Positions 37,059-48,351 of a stretch of 64,000 nucleotides of DNA are shown here, piece after piece; positions within the stretch are counted from its first letter, which is position 1; every line of letters begins with the position of its first letter. Where the stretch lies: the NCBI GenBank assembly GCA_022767745.1, contig JALENN010000008.1:33538-97537 (forward strand). The letters are read 5' to 3'. The DNA is from Alistipes sp. Lineage in GTDB: Bacteria > Bacteroidota > Bacteroidia > Bacteroidales > Rikenellaceae. Below the pieces are notes generated by a model. That model worked only from the letters and a program-made list of their open reading frames with translations, was not told the origin of the DNA and made no database searches. The translations under genes and the position numbers were made by a program.

Positions 37059-39011
37059 CTATCTCTTTTCGAATACCAAATCCTTTATCCCGTTGAATCC
37101 CGTAACCGACTCGCGGAACTGCGTCCAGTCGGCCGCGTCGTAGACGCGCTTGCCGAGCGATATGCGCTGCTGCAGGTGCAGTGTCGGGCCCGACTGCGAG
37201 CAGCTGCCCTCGTAATTGACCGTTTCGCCTCCGGCCTCGGCCTCGTAGGGATCGTTTACGAGCGTGTAGCCTGCGGGCAGGGTTATTTGCTCGTCGAGTT
37301 CCACAAGGCGCGATGTCGAGTCCTTGAATGCGTAGCGGCGTGTCTCGGGCGAGAGATCCACGCGCAGGAACGAATATATCGAGTTGTAGAGCGCCGTCTT
37401 GACTATCGGGCGGCATATAATGACGCCGTCGCCCACGGCTGCATAGCCGGGAATCTCGAAACGCACGGTCATCGAGAGCGGGCCCTGCTGGTAGTCGGCG
37501 GGGGTCTTGCCCGCATCGTACGATATGAGGCGCGCCTGCGGCGATATGTTGAGCAGCTCGCGCTCGATGGCGGTGCGTACGCGGGCACGCATGCCCGTGG
37601 TGAAGGGACGGCGTGCCGATACGTCCGACAGTCCCTCGGCCTCGACTACGAAGCTGCCCTTGAGCGTACCGCGTGCATCGAGGGTCGACGTGGCGTGGAT
37701 GCGGAAGTAGTGGTTCTCGGGGGCCGATACGGGCGTCAGGCAGAGGTCTGAGCCCTCGGGTATGCCGGGCAGGTAGTTCTGCTGCTGCTCGGCGCTGCTC
37801 CACAGCTCGCGGCTGAATGGTACCCATGTCGGGTCGAGCGGCATGTAGGTGCCGTTGTCGAGCTTGACGACAGCGACGCAGTGGTTGAAGTGGTCGGCAG
37901 GGATGGCCTCGATGCGCGAGCCGGCCATCGTCATAGCGGGGTAGGCCTCGAAGCCTGCCATGCGGAGCATCGAGATCAGCAGCGCCGCCTTGTCCTTGCA
38001 GACGCCGCAGCGGTCGGTGAAGTTGGTGCGGGTGTTGTGCAGGGTGTAGCCCTCGCCCTTGCCCATCGAGATACCCGAGTAACGCATGTTGTCGGCTACC
38101 CAGTGGGTAAGTACGGCAATCTTGCGCATCGGGTCGCTGATGCCGCGCAGGAGCTGGTCGACCTTGGCCTGCGCCTCGGGTGTAGGCTCAAAGCTGCCGT
38201 AGTCCTCGTTTACGCCGTGGAACCACAGCGACTTGTCGCGCCACGAGTCGGTCGAAGAGAGCATCAGCTTGGGTGCCACGTCGTAGAGGTCGACCATGTT
38301 CGACTCGCGCTCGAAGGGACGGGCGTTCTCGACCGTGAACGACAGTATCTGCCGTCCGTCGGCGAAGCGTACCGAAGGCGAGCATACGCCCTGGTAGAAC
38401 CGGTACTGCACGCGCTTGCTGTCGGGAACCGATACCGTATAGTTCTTTACCATCGTGGGCTCCGACACCCAGAAGGGGACGATGTCGTAGAAGTGGCCGC
38501 GCATGGGCGGGATGAAACGCTCGTCATCCGACTGTCCGCCGTCGAGCAGGGCATAGGTGAAACCGTGCTTCTCGATCGAGTACTCGACAACGTCGCCGGC
38601 CTCGAGTGCGCCGACCTCGATCATGATCTGGCGAGCTCCCCAATATATGGCACGTGCCGGGGCCGCGTAGTCGAGCATGTCGGTGACGGGAATCTCGTCG
38701 ACGCTGCCGTCAGCGTGGTAGACCTTCACTGAGGTGAAGCGTGCGGCTGCCGTCAGGGGGTCATAGTCGTACTTCAGTACGCGGTTGGCCAGGGCACCCT
38801 GCGCGTTGCCGATGAGTACGGCGCGGTAGATGTCGAAGGCCCCCGATCCCGTCTCGGCAATCTCGACGGCCGTGCGGTCGATGAGGCACACGGTGGAACT
38901 CGACTTCAGTGTCGGGTCGGCTTCGGCCTGTGCCTTGAGCTGAAGCCACTCCTGTGCCGATGTGGCGTAACACAACGGCAGAAGGAGAATCAGTAACAGT
39001 AGTCTCTTCAT
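37059..39011 (-). CDS. DUF3857 + transglutaminase-like domain protein
   Basis: Signal peptide; GVCKDKAALL (Cys), FNHCV (His), PLDPT (Asp); TATATTTG element at 39077-39084. Confidence 0.88.
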   Translation of the reverse strand: MKRLLLLILLLPLCYATSAQEWLQLKAQAEADPTLKSSSTVCLIDRTAVEIAETGSGAFDIYRAVLIGNAQGALANRVLKYDYDPLTAAARFTSVKVYHADGSVDEIPVTDMLDYAAPARAIYWGARQIMIEVGALEAGDVVEYSIEKHGFTYALLDGGQSDDERFIPPMRGHFYDIVPFWVSEPTMVKNYTVSVPDSKRVQYRFYQGVCSPSVRFADGRQILSFTVENARPFERESNMVDLYDVAPKLMLSSTDSWRDKSLWFHGVNEDYGSFEPTPEAQAKVDQLLRGISDPMRKIAVLTHWVADNMRYSGISMGKGEGYTLHNTRTNFTDRCGVCKDKAALLISMLRMAGFEAYPAMTMAGSRIEAIPADHFNHCVAVVKLDNGTYMPLDPTWVPFSRELWSSAEQQQNYLPGIPEGSDLCLTPVSAPENHYFRIHATSTLDARGTLKGSFVVEAEGLSDVSARRPFTTGMRARVRTAIERELLNISPQARLISYDAGKTPADYQQGPLSMTVRFEIPGYAAVGDGVIICRPIVKTALYNSIYSFLRVDLSPETRRYAFKDSTSRLVELDEQITLPAGYTLVNDPYEAEAGGETVNYEGSCSQSGPTLHLQQRISLGKRVYDAADWTQFRESVTGFNGIKDLVFEKR

Positions 39012-39445
39012 ATGTTTGATTATTTGTATGTGTCGCATGTCGCGGCCGCTCTCCCTTTTCCGCGCGCCGCATAGTGCAAATATAGTGAAATGAGTGTGCC
39101 AAGACAAATTTAATTCAGAGGTTCTGTAACGCGCCGGCACTTCGCAGTCGAGGCCGATAGTGCGGTAGTTTTCTGATTGTTTATTCGGAATGAAGGGTCT
39201 TCTGACTGTAACTTTTTGGGTACTGTATGTTGTTTTTCCACTTTTCTGGTCCAGCCTTTGGTTCTTTTTATCAAACCGGAGAGTGGATTTGTTGCTTATG
39301 AGAAATTTTTCTATTTTTACTTTATGGTTTATAAGATAAACTTATTTATAATCATAAATGGCGCGTTTGATATCATTGTGCGGAGAAAAAGGATGCGAAG
39401 TAGGAATATGATAATTGAACTTTAAATCAAATAAATATAAGAATT

Positions 39446-40063
39446 ATGGAACGTGTATTGAATCGCAGGGCTTTTATGCTGTTGGCCGTAATATCGGTAT
39501 TCATGACTGTTTTTATCGTTATGTGGTCATGTCGTGATATTGCTGGGTTTGCCGATTATGTCGGTATAAATGAAACTATGCTGTGTATTCCGGTGGCATG
39601 GGTGGTCGCTCTATGTACGGCAGTCGGGTACGTGGCCTATACGGCTTGCATGGTGCCGTTGGTCAGGAGTAATATATTTGTTTTTAGAGGTTTGCTTAAA
39701 TGGATGGGCATTTACGCCGCCTTGTCGGGAGGATTGGTGGAGGAATTGGTCTTTAGGCGCATGTTAATGGATTGGCTTTATTGGGGCGAGTGCGGAATTG
39801 TGATTCAGATATTCGTTTCGGGTGTGGCATTTGGTTTGGTACATCTGTCGTGGTCCCTTTTCGGTGGAAGCTGGCGTGTCGGTATGGCTTCTTTTCTGTC
39901 GACAACGGTATTGGGATTACTACTGGCTGTGGTATATATAATTGCCGACCGTAATGTATTGCCGGCTGTCATGGCTCACATAATCATAAATATTTTTGTA
40001 GAACCGTGGCTCATAATGAATGCTGTAGAATCGCACGGGGTGTCAGACGAGGAAAGGAAATAA
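39446..40063 (+). CDS. CPBP (Abi/CAAX) intramembrane metalloprotease
   Basis: VEELVFRR, FGLVH, MAHIIIN motifs; AT-rich relative to neighbours. Confidence 0.88.
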   Translation: MERVLNRRAFMLLAVISVFMTVFIVMWSCRDIAGFADYVGINETMLCIPVAWVVALCTAVGYVAYTACMVPLVRSNIFVFRGLLKWMGIYAALSGGLVEELVFRRMLMDWLYWGECGIVIQIFVSGVAFGLVHLSWSLFGGSWRVGMASFLSTTVLGLLLAVVYIIADRNVLPAVMAHIIINIFVEPWLIMNAVESHGVSDEERK

Positions 40064-40070
40064 TGTAATA

Positions 40071-40108
40071 AAAACAAAAGGCTTGATCCGTAAAGAATCA
40101 AGCCTTTG
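40071..40108. terminator. bidirectional terminator between CPBP gene and tRNA-Phe
   Basis: AAAGGCTTGAT-9nt-ATCAAGCCTTT. Confidence 0.8.
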
Positions 40109-40110
40109 TG

Positions 40111-40183
40111 TGGTACCACCAGGAATCGAACCGGGGACACAAGGATTTTCAGTCCTTTGCTCTACCAACTGAGCTATGGCACC
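40111..40183 (-). tRNA. tRNA-Phe(GAA)
   Basis: GGTGCCA...TGGTACC A; anticodon loop CTGAAAA; CCA not encoded. Confidence 0.97.
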
Positions 40184-40704
40184 ATCATTTGCAGGCGGTC
40201 TTCGAGATATTCGTCGGCGTTTTCACTTTCGAAGTGTTCTACCCGAACCGTTGCGAGTGCAAAGGTAAACAAAAAATCTCAATCTCCAAATCATTTATCA
40301 ATTTTTTGCGTTTTTATTTTCCCTTATCTCGTCGTGCCGGTGTGCATGTTTACGTTTGTATAGACTATAAAGTGTTGTTTATTTGTGCTTTGTGGACATT
40401 GAAGTGATGGCGGTGAAAAAAGGCGTGGATGGAGCAGTGAAAAAGCATAATATCGATATTGCTTCCTTTAGTATGGCGCCCGGTGAGGTGTGGCGGCAGG
40501 GTAGTGGGGTGCCGGTCGGCCGAATAGTCAGTATTTGTGTCGAAATCGTGTACCCGCAAAAAAGGCTTTTGTGCGGGCTTTTTATTGCCGTATTTTGTAT
40601 ATTTGCCGCAGACGGGTCGAGAGGCGCTATTGGATGTGCCGTTCCCGCCGGAAGGAAAATGACCGAGCCGCACGGATTGCGGTAACATGAAATTTGATGT
40701 GGAT

Positions 40705-41154
40705 ATGAAGTCAGGATCAATAATGGTACGTCTGGTGATGTCGCTGATGTTCACCGTCGCGGCGGTCACGGTGTCGGCGCAGGAGTGGGGCCGTCTGCCC
40801 ATTCCGAAGGCCGACCGCGAGCTGATATACAATGTGGTTAGGATAATGAATATGCCCGAAGGCAAGCATTGCATCTATAACGGCAAGGGCAATACGATGT
40901 TCGACGTGGTGTATACGATCCGTTGCCGCAAGAACGAATGGGTGGTCTATGAGGGTGGCATGGAGAGCATGTTGGATGCCTTGTATACGATTACCTCCGA
41001 CGGCAAGGGTACATATACCATCTACAAGGGCGGCATGAAGAGTATGTTCGACATTCTGTACCGTATGGAGTACTCCGACCGCGGGATGAAGCTTTACAAG
41101 GGCGATTCGTTCAGTGTGAATCCGATATATACTTACGAGCGTGACGGGCGTTGA
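40705..41154 (+). CDS. hypothetical secreted protein with four ~25-aa repeats
   Basis: Signal peptide ending VSA-Q; repeats of type Y.G....MFD.LYTI. Confidence 0.75.
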   Translation: MKSGSIMVRLVMSLMFTVAAVTVSAQEWGRLPIPKADRELIYNVVRIMNMPEGKHCIYNGKGNTMFDVVYTIRCRKNEWVVYEGGMESMLDALYTITSDGKGTYTIYKGGMKSMFDILYRMEYSDRGMKLYKGDSFSVNPIYTYERDGR

Positions 41155-41174
41155 GGCCGGTTGTGGGCGATACT

Positions 41175-41216
41175 GAAAAAGCGATGCCGCGGAATCGGAT
41201 GATTCGCGGCATCGCT
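41175..41216 (-). terminator. intrinsic terminator (minus strand) closing the tRNA-Ser transcript; may also stop the plus-strand gene
   Basis: GCGATGCCGCG...CGCGGCATCGC stem followed by TTTTT on the minus strand. Confidence 0.8.
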
Positions 41217-41559
41217 GCAATACCCTTAATTAACCTCATGGCTTTGTCAAACCATTTCTTTCCGGAGGTGGACCGATTCTCAGTCGTTAACTAGCCTCCT
41301 TCTACAAGCCGTTGTGCTGCGGTGAAATCGTGACAAAACGGCGTACCTGCTGAACCCGGGTTTGTGACGACGCTTTGTTGATTTTTCTTGAGAGACTTTC
41401 CGCGGTGCCGGACCATGCGATCCGACATTGGGCCTTTCCGCACAACTTCGGGCTTTGTGATGCAACGGCCTGATACCTTGCCTGCCCTGCCTTTCCACTA
41501 CATCGCTGGCGGTTACTGTCGTAACGCCCGGCTTTTCTTTCGGCCCTGGCCTGTCGAAG
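41217..41559 (-). ncRNA. candidate structured RNA in tRNA-Ser 3' trailer
   Basis: At least 6 stems by eye, no credible ORF, no terminator between tRNA and 41216. Confidence 0.4.
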
Positions 41560-41648
41560 CGGAAGGAGGGGGATTCGAACCCCCGGTACCCAAATTCGAG
41601 TACGTCAGTTTAGCAAACTGGTGGTTTCAGCCACTCACCCATCCTTCC
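41560..41648 (-). tRNA. tRNA-Ser(GCT)
   Basis: GGAAGGA...TCCTTCC G; anticodon loop TTGCTAA; long variable arm; TACATTTG element at 41676-41683. Confidence 0.96.
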
Positions 41649-42045
41649 AAACCGATATTCTCTAAAAGAGTGGTGCAAATGTAGATAAAAAAAATAACTG
41701 TGCAAAAAAAATGGGCTAAAATTTGAATGTAATGTGTCTCTGCCGGCCGTTATGTGCGCCGGAAGGGGTTGCAGGAGGCTTTTGTATGTGTTGCCGGGGT
41801 GTGCCGGCGGGCGGCGGCGAAGGTTTCGTCTGTGGGGCGGCATGCGGCGGGTGGGGCTGTCGCTGAAAAATATGACGTTCGGGGGCGACATATCGTGCCG
41901 ATATGGCTCGCGTGTGGCGAAAAAAGGTTATATTTGTAGTCGGCCGTCGGTTGCGGCGATGTCGCGGCCGCGCGTGGCGGATGTGCGTACGGATATGCGG
42001 GGGAGTGCCACCATGGGTCTGGCAATTCAAAATTTACGGTATAAC

Positions 42046-43155
42046 ATGAAAAACGAACGTCTGATGTCGCTTGACGCACTGCGCGGATTCGACATGCTCT
42101 TCATCATGGGCCTTGCTTCGCTGGTTGTGGCCCTCTGTTCACTGTGGCCCTGCGGCGTGACCGATGCCATCGCCCGCTCGATGAGCCATGTCGACTGGAA
42201 CGGCCTGCGTCACCACGACACCATATTCCCGCTGTTCCTCTTCCTGGCGGGAGTGTCGTTCCCCTTTTCGCTCGCGAAACAGCGCGAGGCGGGCCGCACA
42301 CAGGGACAGATCTACGCCAAGATCATACGCCGCGGAGCGCTGCTGGTGCTCTTCGGTCTGATATATAACGGACTCTTTACGCTCGACTTCTCAAGCCTGC
42401 GCTGTGCCAGCGTGCTGGGCCGCATAGGTATCGCGTGGATGGTGGCTGCGCTGCTGTTCGTCAACTTCGGCGTACGTACGCGCGCCATAATCTCGGTTGT
42501 GATACTCGTAGGGTATGCCCTGCTGTCGAAGTATGTCGGTGCGCCCGACGTTCCGGGGGCTGACCCGCTGAGCCGCGAGGGCTGCCTTGTGGGCTATGTC
42601 GATCGCTGCCTGCTGCCCGGGCGTCTGATATATGACAACGGTCGTTTCGACCCCGAGGGTCTGCTTTCGGCGCTTCCCGCAGTGGTCACCGCGCTGCTCG
42701 GCATGTTCACGGGTGAGCTGATACGCCTGCCCGAGGAGCGCATGTCGGGAGGCCGCAAGACGCTGTGGATGGTGGCGGGTGCCGCCGTGCTGGCCGTGGT
42801 GGCCATCGTCGGCAACGGTTTCGTGCCCGTGAACAAGATGCTGTGGTCTAGCACCTTCGTGTGCGCCGTGGGAGCCTATTCGCTGGCCATGATGGCGTTG
42901 TTCTACTATGTGATCGACGTGCGCGGGCATAAGGGGTGGACGCTGTTCTTCCGCGTCGTCGGTATGAACTCCATCACGATATACATGGCACAGCGCATCG
43001 TCGGTTTTGGCGGTATCTCGGATTTCTTCTTCGGCGGCATTGCGGGCCTCTGCCCCGAGCCGGTCGGTGCCGTGATCACCTCGGCCGGATATGTGGCCGT
43101 GTGCTGGCTGTTCCTCTACTTCCTCTACCGCAAGCAGGTATTCCTGAAGATATGA
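42046..43155 (+). CDS. DUF5009/HGSNAT-like membrane acyltransferase (intact paralog)
   Basis: RLMSLDALRGFDM, IFPLFLFLAGVS, SVLGRIG, FDPEGLLS, PVNKMLWSS, GMNSITIY. Confidence 0.88.
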   Translation: MKNERLMSLDALRGFDMLFIMGLASLVVALCSLWPCGVTDAIARSMSHVDWNGLRHHDTIFPLFLFLAGVSFPFSLAKQREAGRTQGQIYAKIIRRGALLVLFGLIYNGLFTLDFSSLRCASVLGRIGIAWMVAALLFVNFGVRTRAIISVVILVGYALLSKYVGAPDVPGADPLSREGCLVGYVDRCLLPGRLIYDNGRFDPEGLLSALPAVVTALLGMFTGELIRLPEERMSGGRKTLWMVAGAAVLAVVAIVGNGFVPVNKMLWSSTFVCAVGAYSLAMMALFYYVIDVRGHKGWTLFFRVVGMNSITIYMAQRIVGFGGISDFFFGGIAGLCPEPVGAVITSAGYVAVCWLFLYFLYRKQVFLKI

Positions 43156-43217
43156 CGTCAGCCGCGGCGGGTGCCGATACGCGTTTCGTAAATTTTTTGT
43201 ATTTTTGCCGATCATAA

Positions 43218-44672
<1,455 letters not shown>

Positions 44673-44762
44673 CCTGGTCTCCGTACGTGCCGTCCGCATG
44701 GGCGGACAAAGGCGGAGGTAGGGGCGCGAATGTGAAAAATGTAAAAAATTGGCAAGAAAGAT

Positions 44763-45511
<749 letters not shown>

Positions 45512-45515
<4 letters not shown>

Positions 45516-46288
45516 AACTGCTCGAATACATAGCGCACGGCGCTGCGGGCGAGTCCGAGATTCTGGTGAACCCCACCCGTGAGGTGCGTCGCATCGGGGC
45601 GGGCGGACGTATGTCGCTGGTTGTGGTGCATGCCACGGCTGCGCCGTCGTCGCTGGAGGTGGAGCTGGGCGAGGGAGCGTCGCTGCACCTCGTGGAGGCC
45701 TTCTGCGGTGAGGCGATGGCTTCGTGCAGGGTGCGTCAGGCGGCGTCGAGCCGTTGCGAGATAACGTCGGTGGTGACGGGGTCGGCCGAGGCCGACTATG
45801 CCATCGATCTGGATGGCAGCGGCGCGGAGAACACCCTTCGCGGGGCGTTCATCGCGGGCGGTGCGGAGCGTGTACGCTTCGGGCTGCGGGTGTCGCACAA
45901 CAAGGGTTGCTGCACGAGCAATTCGGTGGTGAAAGGTGTGGCTGGAGGTACGGCCTCGTGCGAGTTCAACGGCCTGGTGTATGTCGCGCAGGACGCGCAG
46001 CAGACCGATGCACGGCAGACGAGCCGCAACATAGTGCTGGGCAACGATGCACGCATCGTAACGAAACCCCAGCTGGAGATATATGCCGACGACGTGAAGT
46101 GTTCGCACGGCGCCACGGTGGGTCAGCTGGACGACGAGGCTATCCTCTATATGCGCCAGCGCGGCCTCTCGGAGGCACAGGCGCGACGGCTGCAGATCGA
46201 GGGCTTCGTGCGCGACATAGTGTCACAGGCCGGCTCGTTGAGCGATGCGCTGGCCGAGGAGTTGACGGCAAAACTGGAGGAGTTGTAA
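45512..46288 (+). CDS. sufD: SufD family Fe-S assembly protein
   Basis: PQLEIYADDVKCSHGATVGQLD, YMRQRGL; position between sufC and sufS. Confidence 0.92.
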
Positions 46289-47505
46289 TGTTCGACGTAG
46301 AGAAGATACGCAAGGATTTCCCGATTCTCGACCGCGAGGTGAACGGCCGCCGGCTGGTATACCTCGACAGCGGCGCCACGGCCCAGAAACCCGAGTGCGT
46401 GCTGCGCTGTGTGGATGAGATGTACCGCACGCTCAATGCCAACATCCACCGTGGCGTGCACTTCATGGCCGAGCAGGCCACCGAGCGCTACGAGGAGGCG
46501 CGCGAGATGGTGCGGGCATTCATCGGGGCCTCGGCGCGCGAGGAGGTCATATTCACGGCCGGGGCGACGGCGTCGCTCAACACGGTGGCCTACGCCTGGG
46601 GCGAGCGGTTCCTGCGCGAGGGCGACAATATCGTGGTGAGCGAGATGGAGCACCACTCTAACCTTGTTCCGTGGCAGTTGATTGCCGGGCGCAAGGGCGC
46701 CACGCTGCGCATGCTGCCTTTCGACGACGAGGGGCGGCTGATGACCGAGCGTCTGGACGACATTATCGACTCGCGCACGCGTATGGTGGCCGTGACGCAG
46801 GCGTCGAATACGCTGGGAACGCGTCCCGATCTCAAACCGATAATAGAGCGCGCGCATGCCGCCGGGGCGCTGGTCACCGTCGACGGATGCCAGGGCATTG
46901 TGCATGGCGGCGTGAATGTAGGCGAATTGGGTTGCGATTTCTATGCCTTCTCGGGACATAAGCTATACGGGCCGACGGGTATCGGTGTACTGTATGGCCG
47001 CCGCGAACTGCTGGAGGCGATGCCTCCATTCCTCTGCGGTGGGGATATGGTCGACCGTGTATCGTTCGCGGGTACGACCTATGCGCCGCTGCCGCTGAAG
47101 TTCGAGGCCGGAACGGCCAACTTCGTCGGGGCCGTAGGTCTAGGCGAGGCCGTGAGATATGTGCAGTCGCTGGATGCGGCCGAGGTCGAGGCCCACGAGA
47201 ACGCGTTGACCGAGTATGCGGCCGCTGTTCTGGGCGAGATCGAGGGCCTGCGGATATACGGAACAACAAAGGGCAAGTCGTCGATCATATCGTTCAATGT
47301 CGAGGGAGTGCACCACTACGACATGGGTATGATTCTCGATAAGCTGGGTGTGGCCGTCCGCACGGGACACCACTGCGCCGAGCCTGTGATGGATCATTAT
47401 GGCGTGACGGGCATGTGCCGTGCCTCGCTGGCGATGTACAACACGCGCGAGGAGATCGACGCGCTGGCGGCCGGCGTGCGGCGTGCGGTGCGCATGCTGC
47501 GGTAG
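46288..47505 (+). CDS. sufS: cysteine desulfurase
   Basis: YLDSGATAQKP, EHHSN, FSGHKLYGPTG, RTGHHCA; ATG overlaps sufD stop. Confidence 0.95.
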   Translation: MFDVEKIRKDFPILDREVNGRRLVYLDSGATAQKPECVLRCVDEMYRTLNANIHRGVHFMAEQATERYEEAREMVRAFIGASAREEVIFTAGATASLNTVAYAWGERFLREGDNIVVSEMEHHSNLVPWQLIAGRKGATLRMLPFDDEGRLMTERLDDIIDSRTRMVAVTQASNTLGTRPDLKPIIERAHAAGALVTVDGCQGIVHGGVNVGELGCDFYAFSGHKLYGPTGIGVLYGRRELLEAMPPFLCGGDMVDRVSFAGTTYAPLPLKFEAGTANFVGAVGLGEAVRYVQSLDAAEVEAHENALTEYAAAVLGEIEGLRIYGTTKGKSSIISFNVEGVHHYDMGMILDKLGVAVRTGHHCAEPVMDHYGVTGMCRASLAMYNTREEIDALAAGVRRAVRMLR

Positions 47506-47661
47506 TGCGATAGAGGGTATGCCGTGAAGTAGTACATGACGCCCGTGCCGCTGAACGGCAATGGCGTGCGGTTGCGGCGTCGGATGCCGTCGTGTTGTCC
47601 GCGTCAGGTGCGGCAGTGCCGGATGCCGGGGGATTGTTAACAAAAGAAAAGAGGATATTTC

Positions 47662-48351
47662 ATGTTCATAGTGCTTGAGGGTGTGGACGGATCGGGCAAA
47701 TCCACACAGATAGAGAAGCTGCGCGCAATGTTTGCCGAGAGGGGCATCGAGAGCGAGTACATCCATTTCCCGCGTTTCGACTCGCCGTTTTTCGGCGAGC
47801 TGATCGCCCGCTTCCTGCGTGGCGAGCTGGGAGGTGTCGATCAGGTCGATCCCTACATCGTGGCCCTGCTCTATGCGTGCGACCGCCGCGATGCCGCCGC
47901 CCTGATACGCCGCTGGCTCGATACGGGCAAGGTGGTCATCGCCGACCGATATGTATATTCGAATGTAGGGTATCAGTGTGCCAAACTTGCCGACGAGGCG
48001 CAGCGCACGGCACTGCGGCGCTGGATCATGGATCTCGAGTACGAATATTTCAAGATACCGCGTCCTGATTTGTCGATCTTTCTCGACGTACCTTTCGCCT
48101 TCACCGAGCGCAAGCTGGCCGAGACGCGCGAGGGAGACGACCGCGAGTACCTGCACGGCGGCAAGGACATACACGAGTCGTCGCTCGACCTGCAGCGGTC
48201 GGTGCGCGACGTTTACATCGATGCCGTGCGTCACGACCACGACCTGCATGTCGTTGACTGCAGCGTCGCAGGCCGCGAGATGGCTTCGCCCGACGAAGTC
48301 TTCGCCCGCATACGCAGCATTGTTAACCGCTATGTCGACCGTGGGGAATGA
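47662..48351 (+). CDS. tmk: thymidylate kinase
   Basis: LEGVDGSGKSTQ, ADRYVYSN, RPDL. Confidence 0.92.
   Translation: MFIVLEGVDGSGKSTQIEKLRAMFAERGIESEYIHFPRFDSPFFGELIARFLRGELGGVDQVDPYIVALLYACDRRDAAALIRRWLDTGKVVIADRYVYSNVGYQCAKLADEAQRTALRRWIMDLEYEYFKIPRPDLSIFLDVPFAFTERKLAETREGDDREYLHGGKDIHESSLDLQRSVRDVYIDAVRHDHDLHVVDCSVAGREMASPDEVFARIRSIVNRYVDRGE

Noticed and set aside
41262-41325. Group I intron-like words (CCGCAGC, GTTAACGACTG, CGGTCC) in the tRNA-Ser trailer
   Set aside because: No room for P3/P8 between the putative P7 strands, and the element is not inside an exon
41345-41405. RNase P-like words (GGAAAGTC, ACAAACCCGG) in the same trailer
   Set aside because: Only about 35 nt apart instead of roughly 250 or more; flanking consensus missing
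41280-41498. 72-aa minus-strand ORF in the trailer
   Set aside because: GTG start without an A-rich initiation region; composition looks noncoding
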